A program made the position numbers and the translations under genes. This document shows, in pieces, positions 24,905 through 33,235 of a DNA stretch of 48,601 bases; the stretch's first letter is position 1; each line of letters opens with the position of its first letter. The notes under the pieces were generated by a model. That model saw nothing but the letters and a program-made list of their open reading frames with translations. It ran no database searches and was not told the DNA's origin. Origin of the DNA: a virus (taxonomy: Duplodnaviria > Caudoviricetes); IMG/VR virus record IMGVR_UViG_3300020397_000375, positions 1 through 48,601 of that record; one strand, given 5' to 3'.

Positions 24905-25752
24905 TAGTCGAAACTCGCCAGCATCTCATCAGTAAATTCAGATGATGCCTTACGTTTTGCAACCGACTGAATGTGTAGTCTTGACTTACAAATTTGCACG
25001 GTATCTAAGAACTTACCAAGGTATACGTCCTCAACCTTCCAGTCCCATGCCCGTAGTCCTTTACTGGCAACCTTGGCGGCAAAGCCTTCTACATCACCAT
25101 GCATTCCAAGTGGGCGGACAGACAAAATAATCTTGTTGTTCACCACAGACTGACCAATCTGTTGTAAATGTCTGTGCCACATTAGCGGAACAGGAATACT
25201 AATATGATGGGTAGTGCCATTGTCATGGTGATAACGCTTGTCAATCTTACCATTTGCATCTGTATGCACCTCTGCTTGCAGTCGCATGTAAGGCTTACCT
25301 TCAAGTGGCCCTTCACCCCCAACACCGCACTCTAACGACCATTCCAGATTAGGTCTGATGTTATTCTTGAGGTCATACATCCACCAATGTGTCTTGTCAC
25401 CAACCTCAGAATATTGATTCTGATTTTTTGCTTTGTAGAGAAGAGAGTAAAGGCCGTACTGCCCTTTTCCTCTTCTCTTGAACTCTTCTCTAGCTTCAAT
25501 CAAGTCTGCTACGCTATCCACAATTCCACGCCACTGTTCACTGAAAGCATCGGCACCGTTGGGGAGTACTGTTGACCGTACACTCCATTTGTCCCGAAAG
25601 TTTAGCTTAGAAAAGTCTACGCCAAGTCTTTTGAAGAATGGTGATAGTGTCATTACATTTTCTTTGTGGAGATAGTACTGCAACATATCTTTAGTTGACT
25701 GCTTCACATCGTTGCTAGTCAATGTGTCTTGGATATATTTTTGTGTAAACAT
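24904..25752 (-). CDS. hypothetical protein
   Basis: Long ORF; start placed at MFTQK after GTCAGAAGGA. Confidence 0.7.
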   Translation of the reverse strand: MFTQKYIQDTLTSNDVKQSTKDMLQYYLHKENVMTLSPFFKRLGVDFSKLNFRDKWSVRSTVLPNGADAFSEQWRGIVDSVADLIEAREEFKRRGKGQYGLYSLLYKAKNQNQYSEVGDKTHWWMYDLKNNIRPNLEWSLECGVGGEGPLEGKPYMRLQAEVHTDANGKIDKRYHHDNGTTHHISIPVPLMWHRHLQQIGQSVVNNKIILSVRPLGMHGDVEGFAAKVASKGLRAWDWKVEDVYLGKFLDTVQICKSRLHIQSVAKRKASSEFTDEMLASFD

Positions 25753-25823
25753 TTTGCATTCCTTCTGACGGAGTTGGAGAGGGGCGAGAACCTTTGGGAA
25801 CCCGTCCTCGCCCCTCATACTAT

Positions 25824-26069
25824 TTAGTCGGCGTTACGCCATACACGATACTTGCGTGTATCAATGCGCTTAGTCTTGACCTTAAACCCGTTGCGTGTAG
25901 CAAACGCACGGGCAAGACCAGCTTCACGCTTAGATGAAACTACGATGCTGTCGTTTGGTTCCATCTGGTTCAAGACATCAAAGCGAGATTTACGCTTGTA
26001 TATCTTGCGATGCGGTTGGGCGTCCTCGAAAGGTATGCCCTTTTCAATTTTGTAGGATATAGCTATCAC
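25824..26069 (-). CDS. small basic putative DNA-binding protein
   Basis: KIEKGIP...ME..DS..V...RVWR pattern that I recognise from small phage proteins. Confidence 0.6.
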   Translation of the reverse strand: MIAISYKIEKGIPFEDAQPHRKIYKRKSRFDVLNQMEPNDSIVVSSKREAGLARAFATRNGFKVKTKRIDTRKYRVWRNAD

Positions 26070-26077
26070 CCCCTTAC

Positions 26078-27346
26078 CTACTGACTGATGTTGACCGAAA
26101 CAACCTCACCAAACAGGTGACCTTGTTCTTCTGAAGTGACTGCCCAGTACACTGGATAGTCAGGGACAGATGGTGCTGGTGCGTATCCATCTGTCAGGTA
26201 CACCAATGCCATTGGCTTGGTGTCCATCTCGTTATCCACCCAGTCAAACACTGGCTGGAAGTTTGTACCGCCACGACCATGCACCTTGTCGATAGACAAG
26301 GGCTGACCCATGTCGAATGTATCAACATGCTGGACACGGGCGTCACACTGAACGATGTGAACCTTGGCTGGCTGAAGTTCTTCCATGATGGACTGACACT
26401 CACCCAGATACTGTTGCACCTCATCCCAAGTAACAGACGCTGATGTGTCAATGGCTAGGACAATCTCGCCCACGTTTTCACGATGATAGTCTGGGATGAA
26501 CGCACCGACAGACGACATGATGTGATGACCGTACTTGTGTGGCCGCTGGTATGTATAGTCCACCTTGCTGATTGACTGCATCATGGCGCGAATGACTGAA
26601 CGCCAGTCAACGGTTGGCTTCTTGTATGAATTGACCAACGCCTCTGCCGCACCGAATGACTTGCCGCGAGACTTAGCAAGGTTGTGCGCCTGTTCGACCA
26701 TCACCTCAATCTCTTGTTCCTCATCCGCAATCTCAGAGGCGGAACCAGCAGGGCTGTCGATAACATCACCCCATGACTGACCAATATCAGAAGTTGTCCC
26801 AGCCTTCTTACCTGAGTTTGGTTTGTCACCTGAACCACCGCCAGAGGTTGGCCCATCACCATCACCATCACATGAACCAGTTTTTCTGTGATTGATATGG
26901 GGCGGCTGTTGTTCAAGAGTGGAATAGATATCTTCTGCCGACATGCCACGGTATTTGTCATCAAGCAACGCACCTTCAGGCAACTCCATACATGACACGC
27001 CACCGCGCCTTATCTTTTCTGCGTCAATAGCATCCTGAATACACAAGTTGATTTGAAAGTCAGTAGCAATGTTCCAAAGTTCGGGGTCACGATTGCCACG
27101 GCGAAGGTGGTGCTTGCCGTATACATGCATCACCTCATGAACAGTCAGACCAATACGCTTGGGCTGGTCTAGGGACATAAGATAATCTGAATTGAATTTG
27201 ATGAACTTGCCATTAGTGCAAGCTGTCTGAGTGAGGTCATTGTCTACTGACCACTCAAGTTTAGATGCACCAGTTCCGAAGAATGGCTGATGCAGAAGTG
27301 TGACGACTTTGATTTTGTCGATGACGTTTTGGATATCGTTTTGCAT
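26078..27346 (-). CDS. metallopeptidase-like + vWA domain protein (DUF2201-type)
   Basis: TACTNG, HEVMH...H..R, WNIATD..IN; MIDAS motif DTSAS, GRGGTNF and YLTDG. Confidence 0.85.
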   Translation of the reverse strand: MQNDIQNVIDKIKVVTLLHQPFFGTGASKLEWSVDNDLTQTACTNGKFIKFNSDYLMSLDQPKRIGLTVHEVMHVYGKHHLRRGNRDPELWNIATDFQINLCIQDAIDAEKIRRGGVSCMELPEGALLDDKYRGMSAEDIYSTLEQQPPHINHRKTGSCDGDGDGPTSGGGSGDKPNSGKKAGTTSDIGQSWGDVIDSPAGSASEIADEEQEIEVMVEQAHNLAKSRGKSFGAAEALVNSYKKPTVDWRSVIRAMMQSISKVDYTYQRPHKYGHHIMSSVGAFIPDYHRENVGEIVLAIDTSASVTWDEVQQYLGECQSIMEELQPAKVHIVQCDARVQHVDTFDMGQPLSIDKVHGRGGTNFQPVFDWVDNEMDTKPMALVYLTDGYAPAPSVPDYPVYWAVTSEEQGHLFGEVVSVNISQ

Positions 27347-27375
27347 TTTCTACCTCACAACTAGAGTATAACACA

Positions 27376-27403
27376 TGACGGGGACAAGTTGATGTCCCCG
27401 TCA
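27376..27403. repeat. perfect 11-bp inverted repeat between the AAA and vWA genes
   Basis: TGACGGGGACA-agttga-TGTCCCCGTCA. Confidence 0.7.
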
Positions 27404-27411
27404 AATTTTCT

Positions 27412-28434
27412 TTAGGACTGGGCGAGTTTTTTCAAGTCACAATTCATTTCGATGAATGACTTGTTCTTGCACAAGTTCTTGTCTCGCGCACCAATATCGC
27501 CAAGCACCAGCATCTGGAACTCACGGCCCAAACGCTTAGTGTACTTCATGACGTTGTCCATGTTGGTTGCATCTGCCATACGAGCCACGCTGGACGCCAT
27601 TGCGTACAGAGTACATGGGTCAGTCGGAACCTCAACACTGTCAGGGTCAGTCTTGATACGCTGGACATCAGGCAGTGAGCGGAACACTTTCAGGAACCCA
27701 GAAAACTCTATCGCGAAACCACGACCACAACAGCCCTCGACCAGTTTATGTTCAAGTGATGATGATGGACGCTTCTTCATAATGCTGGACAGCATTGCGA
27801 TAGAACGTGGCGATGGAAACGCGGTGAACTCAGGCTCGAAGTGATGCAACTGGTCCTGTTTCCAGCGAACGAACGCAACCAATTCAGGCACGATATCATT
27901 CTGACTGGCCCATGTTGTCCAGTCATCTACATCAGGCACCAACTCTACATGGACCAAACGGTTGCGTAACGGGGCTGGCATAGTGTTGACAACACCACGG
28001 TCAGACACACGGTTACCAGCGCACACAATACGACAATTTTCTGGCAGAACATAGTCACCAATAGCCTTGTCGAGAGTGAACTGATAAGCCATTGCCTGTT
28101 CAATGGGTGTTCCTGAATTGACCTCGTCAAGCAAAACAATCACTTTTGCTTTTGGGTCAGTCGGAAGTCGTTGGTCACGCAACCAGCGCACGAACCCAGC
28201 CTGAACATCAGGGACAGGAATACCCTTCAGGTCAGTCGGGTCAGTCACCGACAGTCGAATGTCGATGACATCTGTGTACCCCTCTTCTTCAGCAATCTGG
28301 CGAAGACCGTCTGACTTGCCAATACCTGAGGCACCCCAAGTCATAGTTGGAAGGTCAGCCGATAGGCAGACTTTGATGAAGTCCTTCCATTCAGAAGGCT
28401 TCACGGTGGCGATATTCATTTCTGTGTTTTGCAT
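27412..28434 (-). CDS. MoxR-like / dynein-related AAA+ ATPase
   Basis: Walker A GASGIGKS, DLKGIP, Walker B LLDE, AGNR, R-finger NR and PSPRS. Confidence 0.9.
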   Translation of the reverse strand: MQNTEMNIATVKPSEWKDFIKVCLSADLPTMTWGASGIGKSDGLRQIAEEEGYTDVIDIRLSVTDPTDLKGIPVPDVQAGFVRWLRDQRLPTDPKAKVIVLLDEVNSGTPIEQAMAYQFTLDKAIGDYVLPENCRIVCAGNRVSDRGVVNTMPAPLRNRLVHVELVPDVDDWTTWASQNDIVPELVAFVRWKQDQLHHFEPEFTAFPSPRSIAMLSSIMKKRPSSSLEHKLVEGCCGRGFAIEFSGFLKVFRSLPDVQRIKTDPDSVEVPTDPCTLYAMASSVARMADATNMDNVMKYTKRLGREFQMLVLGDIGARDKNLCKNKSFIEMNCDLKKLAQS

Positions 28435-28457
28435 GTTTTTCTCCTACTGACAAAACA

Positions 28458-28486
28458 GATATAAGTCTAACAACTTACGATGTCAA
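28458..28486 (-). promoter_or_regulatory. sigma70-type promoter of the AAA gene
   Basis: TTGACA(28486-81)-17-TATATC(28463-58). Confidence 0.65.
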
Positions 28487-28752
28487 GTATTGTTAGACAA
28501 CAGGGGGATGATGGTGGCAGATGCGGTGATGCGTCTAGCTTGAAGCACACCCATGTCCACCATCTCTTGAAAAGCGTCCAGCCTCATGACCACACGCTTG
28601 AAAGTTTCCCAAGGCAGGGGCTTTACCCCCTGCCTACGGCATATTTTTCGGTGTTCATCCCATGCGCGTTTACGCATGGTCACCCATTCAGTAATGTCTC
28701 CATGTGTCTTCATACGAATACACTCCTCAATGTCTAGCTGGCAGTTTGTCAT
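28483..28752 (-). CDS. hypothetical protein
   Basis: ATGA-coupled ORF. Confidence 0.55.
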   Translation of the reverse strand: MTNCQLDIEECIRMKTHGDITEWVTMRKRAWDEHRKICRRQGVKPLPWETFKRVVMRLDAFQEMVDMGVLQARRITASATIIPLLSNNT

Positions 28753-29636
28753 GCCGCCATCCCATACCCTGACATCTGGTCAAGAATAGCCTGTGCCTCG
28801 TCAGCCGCTGTTTTGCGAAGACTTTCATCCTCGCGAAGGTCAGCCGCGTCATAGTTGGTCAATTTTGATTTGACCAGTTCACAGTAGTTGGCTAGGTCAG
28901 CATCACCTGTCAGATTTAAGCGAGGCAGAACTTCACAGATATCCACCATGTTGCCCACGATTGTATCTTTGAAGGTGTTCATTGCCTTAGACTTGCCAGC
29001 CTTTGGCTTGTATGTCCGCATGGCGGTGTTGAAACAATCCACAGTTTTCAGCAGACGTTCGTAAAGTTTGTGCATTGCCTCGTCAATGCGTGACTGCATC
29101 TGCGCTTCTGCATCAGCAATCAACTGCTGTTCCATCTCAGCATTGCCGAACATTTTGTCGAACGTGTTACCGTCTGACAGTGGCTCATAAGATATATTGA
29201 ACTGGAACTTTCCACGCAGAACAGATACAGGCGGATATTCGCTTGCATCAAACAAGTCACCCAGCCGCGCCTGTTGGGCGTCTCTGTGTGTCTCGTATTC
29301 AGCGAAGAAGTCCTCACACAAGGCGTCAAATAAGTCCTTGTAATCAGTCATCAATTCAGAGTGTTTGTCAAAGTTAGGCACGGGCAACAAGTCCTGACCG
29401 TCCAAGTATGGAAGTGTTTGGGCCTTGTTGACGTTACGGGCCTTGCCGCGCACTTTCTTGATGTCTTTGAGGATAGGGTTGCCAGCGAAAAGTTTTTTGA
29501 CATAACGCCCAGCGTCATCAGCCGCTGACTTGTTGTCAGCAACCTCATTGGATACGTCCTTGTCTGTCTTCTCAAAACCGCACATGCGGATGTTTAGGCG
29601 AACGATAACAGCGGATTTTTGAATGATTGTAGTCAT
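28749..29636 (-). CDS. DUF3150-like helical protein associated with phage AAA/vWA pairs
   Basis: KKL, TLPY, LGDLFDASEYP....R.KF and LNLTGD motifs. Confidence 0.65.
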   Translation of the reverse strand: MTTIIQKSAVIVRLNIRMCGFEKTDKDVSNEVADNKSAADDAGRYVKKLFAGNPILKDIKKVRGKARNVNKAQTLPYLDGQDLLPVPNFDKHSELMTDYKDLFDALCEDFFAEYETHRDAQQARLGDLFDASEYPPVSVLRGKFQFNISYEPLSDGNTFDKMFGNAEMEQQLIADAEAQMQSRIDEAMHKLYERLLKTVDCFNTAMRTYKPKAGKSKAMNTFKDTIVGNMVDICEVLPRLNLTGDADLANYCELVKSKLTNYDAADLREDESLRKTAADEAQAILDQMSGYGMAA

Positions 29637-29718
29637 TGTGTTTGCATTCCTTCTACTACTTCTAACATTTACTAGATAATGGCTGATTGGAAATAATCAA
29701 GCCACAGAGTGGCGAAGA

Positions 29719-29928
29719 CTACAATAGTCTACGCACTGAACCCCCAGCCATAACTTCCAAAGTCTGTAAGGCTGAGATAACATAGCACCAACCACATATG
29801 GTAGCAGACCACCATACCCAGTCCAGTTGGCCCTGAAACATCTGGAAACCAGCAATATGAGCCAGCCCCCAGCATAGACAGGCAAAAGATATTTCTCTGA
29901 CCAGTCTAATTACATAAATCATTTTCAT
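29719..29928 (-). CDS. small membrane protein
   Basis: Two hydrophobic segments; GGAG RBS. Confidence 0.5.
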   Translation of the reverse strand: MKMIYVIRLVREISFACLCWGLAHIAGFQMFQGQLDWVWWSATICGWCYVISALQTLEVMAGGSVRRLL

Positions 29929-30094
29929 TTGACTTCTCCTCTTGTGTCATGTCTGCGTGAATTTCAAAATCTCCACCAACAGTTATGAAGTTGTTTGAGT
30001 TTTCTGCAATTTGCACTGCTTCCTCTGCGTTTTTTGCATCAACATATGCGTCTTTATAGACGTACTCTGTCGCCATCACTTTATATCTGGGCAT
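29906..30094 (-). CDS. small acidic protein (DpnD/PcfM-like)
   Basis: MPRYKV.......VDAKNAEEAVQIA. Confidence 0.6.
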   Translation of the reverse strand: MPRYKVMATEYVYKDAYVDAKNAEEAVQIAENSNNFITVGGDFEIHADMTQEEKSNENDLCN

Positions 30095-30355
30095 TTATGC
30101 TAATCCTTTCTTTTTTTTCCAGTCAGCAACGATGTTTGCTTTATTCGATGCTGGCACTTCACTTGGTAACTGCCAAGCAATCCTCAACTTTTGGTGTTCA
30201 CCTTCATGCCGCGCTATTGCTTGGGCCTCTTTGAAGGTCTTACAACGTGCGACAATCTTATAGGCTGGACTGTCATAAACATGCCCAGAATTAGAGTAGT
30301 CTGACCAAATTTTGATATCACCGCCAGTGAATTTAACGACTATCCAATATTTCAT
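30095..30355 (-). CDS. hypothetical protein
   Basis: ATGA-coupled; GAGGT RBS. Confidence 0.6.
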   Translation of the reverse strand: MKYWIVVKFTGGDIKIWSDYSNSGHVYDSPAYKIVARCKTFKEAQAIARHEGEHQKLRIAWQLPSEVPASNKANIVADWKKKKGLA

Positions 30356-30561
30356 GTGCTTACCTCGCTTTTTTGTTGGTGGTGACGTTTGTGGGCCAGC
30401 TTACCCGCTTGCAGGAAACAAGTGGCCCAGTCATTAGGCCACCTATTCCAGATGAAGTGTTTAAAATCTTCCCACGATAGCGGTTCCCAAAGTCCAGCGC
30501 AGTCCTCTACATGGTCACGCCACACTTGCATCCGCAATTCAAATTTATCAATGTCTGTCAT
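30352..30561 (-). CDS. hypothetical protein
   Basis: Start placed at MTDIDK after GGGTAAGCGC. Confidence 0.55.
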   Translation of the reverse strand: MTDIDKFELRMQVWRDHVEDCAGLWEPLSWEDFKHFIWNRWPNDWATCFLQAGKLAHKRHHQQKSEVST

Positions 30562-30565
30562 GCGC

Positions 30566-30859
30566 TTACCCTTTCCAAAGTAGGCGAGATGGTACATACC
30601 AAGGCACATGCTGTGCAACAGGGTCTAGGATTGTTGAGGCCACCTTACCGCGATTAGCGATAGCAAAGTGACGGTTTAAATCGAAACGTCTATACGCTTT
30701 TTTTCTAAAATCATACGCAGTCACGATATTGTCGGGGTCTCTTGCCTCACTTTTGAGGACGCCCCAGAAGTCACGGAGTGACCCGTCCGCCTTAACGAAC
30801 GAGCCTTTAACAATCTGGCCTTTGAAGGTAGCCAATACCTGTTCTTTTGTGTTCATCAT
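30566..30859 (-). CDS. WYL-like / SH3 beta-barrel protein (DUF2693-like)
   Basis: F.KADGSLR...G.L.......AYDFRKKAYRRF pattern. Confidence 0.65.
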   Translation of the reverse strand: MMNTKEQVLATFKGQIVKGSFVKADGSLRDFWGVLKSEARDPDNIVTAYDFRKKAYRRFDLNRHFAIANRGKVASTILDPVAQHVPWYVPSRLLWKG

Positions 30860-31272
30860 GCGCTTACCTTCTTTCTAAGTGCGAGGGTTGTTTCAGCCCC
30901 ATGTTTGAGGCCAGTCAAATATGTCATCATTTCATCGAAGTGAAGCATTTCAGTGAAGCATTCTTCTCTAATTGAGAAGCTATAAAGCACTGTATGCAAC
31001 CCCTCACTGTTGCCAGACTTACGTCTGTCACCATTTGAGCGGCTATGAATTGTCTTCAGTTGCCAGTCTTTACCAACCCCCATGAGGTCCATTGTCCGCT
31101 GGGCGTGGGATTTAAGACTTTGAAGCATACTGTCATCGATGAACGCGACAGCGGCCTCAACGTCAGCCAATTCCATAGTCATATATTTGCCAATTCTCAG
31201 AGTGACTGGCAACGTGACTTTGTCATTTTTGCGGATGATTGTATGACGCATATAAGTGAAAGTTTTTTGCAT
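30856..31272 (-). CDS. hypothetical protein, first gene of the early operon
   Basis: GTCAGAAAGGT RBS; ATGA-coupled to the next gene. Confidence 0.65.
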   Translation of the reverse strand: MQKTFTYMRHTIIRKNDKVTLPVTLRIGKYMTMELADVEAAVAFIDDSMLQSLKSHAQRTMDLMGVGKDWQLKTIHSRSNGDRRKSGNSEGLHTVLYSFSIREECFTEMLHFDEMMTYLTGLKHGAETTLALRKKVSA

Positions 31273-31289
31273 TTTGTTACCTTTCTGAC

Positions 31290-32290
31290 AGTTTCAAATG
31301 CGGTGAAGTGTTCACCGTGTAAGGACAAGGCAGGGAGAAGACCTTGCCCTTACAAGGTGACAGGGCCGAAGCCCTGCCGCCTGAAACTGTTTTCCTCAGT
31401 GACTGCCCTGCCTGATAGGCTCTGGCATAACAGGGTGGCTGGTCACTGGCTGATGCAATTCGGCTGACCGTGTCATTGTGTTCCACGGTAGCGGAATGCT
31501 TGGTGCAATAGGGCAGTCAGCACCGCCCAGCCCCGAAGGGCTAACCCGTTAAGTGGGTCAGTCTACCAGTGGAACATCCGCCACCGTCCAATCGGGCGTT
31601 GTTCAATTCAAATTCAAACAATACGGGTTGCGCATTGCCAACTTGTCAGCCCGTTTTGGGGGTGTGAATCCATAGTGTCCAGTAGCGAGGTCGAAGCCTT
31701 GCCCTGCACGGGGGTCTGTTCAGTATCAAAAACGCTGTATGTCGGGGGTGGTTACCCTGCCCTGTCTGGGGGTCTGTGAAGGCAGTGGCTATAGTACGGC
31801 ATGAAAGTCCTACAAACTAAAGCCCTGCGGACCATTGACCAGTTCCAGTGGGTCTAGCGTTACACCTGAGACAGTGACCGTTTCCCGTAGGGTCTAACAC
31901 GCCGTGATGACAGTGACCGAGTCCAAGGGGTCTGGTGACAAGTTGCTGGTGTAGCAAGTAAAAAAGATATTCAAATGAGAAACAGCCGCGCTTTGAAGAA
32001 CGCCTGACCAGTCATGCGGAGTTTCGGGGGACGGGAATGGATTGCCAGAGCAATCCTTAGGCCAATCCTGAACCGACTGCCAACAGACCAGAGGGCGGAC
32101 TAGTGAGGGCCGAAGCCCTGCGCGATACACGATAAGAAACAGCGAAACCCCGAAACCGTGGGGCAAGGGCCAAAAGTGGCCCGTGTCCTCGATATAGTGA
32201 GATGTTTGACATGTTCAAGGGGTAGATGAAAAAAAAGTCAAAAAAATTTTAGACAAGGGTCGAAGCCCTGCAAGGGCGCGGAAAATGCCA
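31290..32290. repeat. GC-rich non-coding region with repeated AGGGY-CGAA-GCCCTGC hairpins and short oriented repeats
   Basis: Copies near 31362, 32106 and 32256; variants near 31529 and 31685; GCCCTGC, GGGGTCT and TGACC recur. Confidence 0.7.
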
Positions 32291-32317
32291 CACTGACCTA
32301 TAGGGGAATGATACAAT
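32291..32317 (+). promoter_or_regulatory. late-promoter motif, copy 1 (terS)
   Basis: CACTGACC-N10-TG-A-TACAAT. Confidence 0.55.
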
Positions 32318-32338
32318 ACAGGGGAAGGGATAAGAACA

Positions 32339-32824
32339 ATGGCAAGTAAAAAGAACACCACGGGTCATGGATTGACCGCAAAACAAGAGGCATTCTGTCA
32401 GGCGTATGTGCATGGGGCCAGCAAAGGCAATGCCAGTGCGGCATACAGGGAGGCATATGACACTGATAAAATGAAGTCAGCCAGCATCAGGGCTGAGGCA
32501 TGTCGGTTGCTGGATAACCTCAACATTACCCAGCGCATTGACCAGTTAAACGCTGATATTGTGCAACAGCAACGCTTGCAGGGGGTCTCATTGCGTCAGC
32601 GTGTGACAGACGGGCTATTGACAGAAGCCCAGATGGCAGAAAGTCCTGCCGCCCGTGTCAGGGCGTGGGAATTGATAGGTAAACTGCAAGGGGTGGATGC
32701 ATTTGGGGCCGATAAACTGGAAACTACCCAGAAAATCACGACAAAAGAGGCGGAAACAGAACTGCAAAAGGCCATTGCGGACGCACTAGCGGATGACAAC
32801 GTGGTGCAACTATTTGATAAATAA
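32339..32824 (+). CDS. terS: terminase small subunit
   Basis: LTAKQEAFCQAY.....NASAAYREAY...A.RLL....I..RI and A.ELIGK signature. Confidence 0.85.
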   Translation: MASKKNTTGHGLTAKQEAFCQAYVHGASKGNASAAYREAYDTDKMKSASIRAEACRLLDNLNITQRIDQLNADIVQQQRLQGVSLRQRVTDGLLTEAQMAESPAARVRAWELIGKLQGVDAFGADKLETTQKITTKEAETELQKAIADALADDNVVQLFDK

Positions 32825-33113
32825 GGATATTGGCAGATAATGTCGCATAATGTGCATTATGGAACGGCAACGCACCTTCTCTGCCGCCACGCAATGTCAG
32901 AAAATCGGGGTGTACCTTGGCGCGACATAATTTAAAGGTGTCCATCGCCCACCCCCCCTATGCCCACGCGCACGCACATGCGCTATACATACTATTACAC
33001 ACCAATAATCCACAAAAACTGACAAAGTGCAACCCCTTTTGCTGACCGTTACCCCCCAAAACGCAGGAAAAGGGTAAGGAATCCTAGTGGTCAAAAATTT
33101 TTTGTAAAATTTT

Positions 33114-33140
33114 CATTGACCCCTGATTCATTGATAAGTT
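33114..33140 (+). promoter_or_regulatory. late-promoter motif, copy 2
   Basis: CATTGACC-N10-TG-A-TAAGTT. Confidence 0.55.
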
Positions 33141-33173
33141 AATGTGTGTTGTGGTCAAAGGCCATCGCTGGAG

Positions 33174-33235
33174 ATGGGGGGTTGTCCTTGGCTAATTCCT
33201 TTTTCCTCCCTATTAGAGAAGAGACAGCCCCTCAT
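33174..33235 (+). other. long RNA hairpin with a pyrimidine-only loop
   Basis: ATGGGGGGTTGTC/GACAGCCCCTCAT (13 bp, two G-U) plus CTAAT/ATTAG closing a C/U-only loop. Confidence 0.55.

Noticed and set aside
31290-32290. Repeated hairpins as a CRISPR mini-array
   Set aside because: Repeats are only ~14-16 nt, irregularly spaced and degenerate; no cas operon (the Cas4-like nuclease sits in a recombination module).
31755-32329. KOPS-like GGGNAGGG octamers
   Set aside because: Only two were seen, in opposite orientations; no polarised enrichment.
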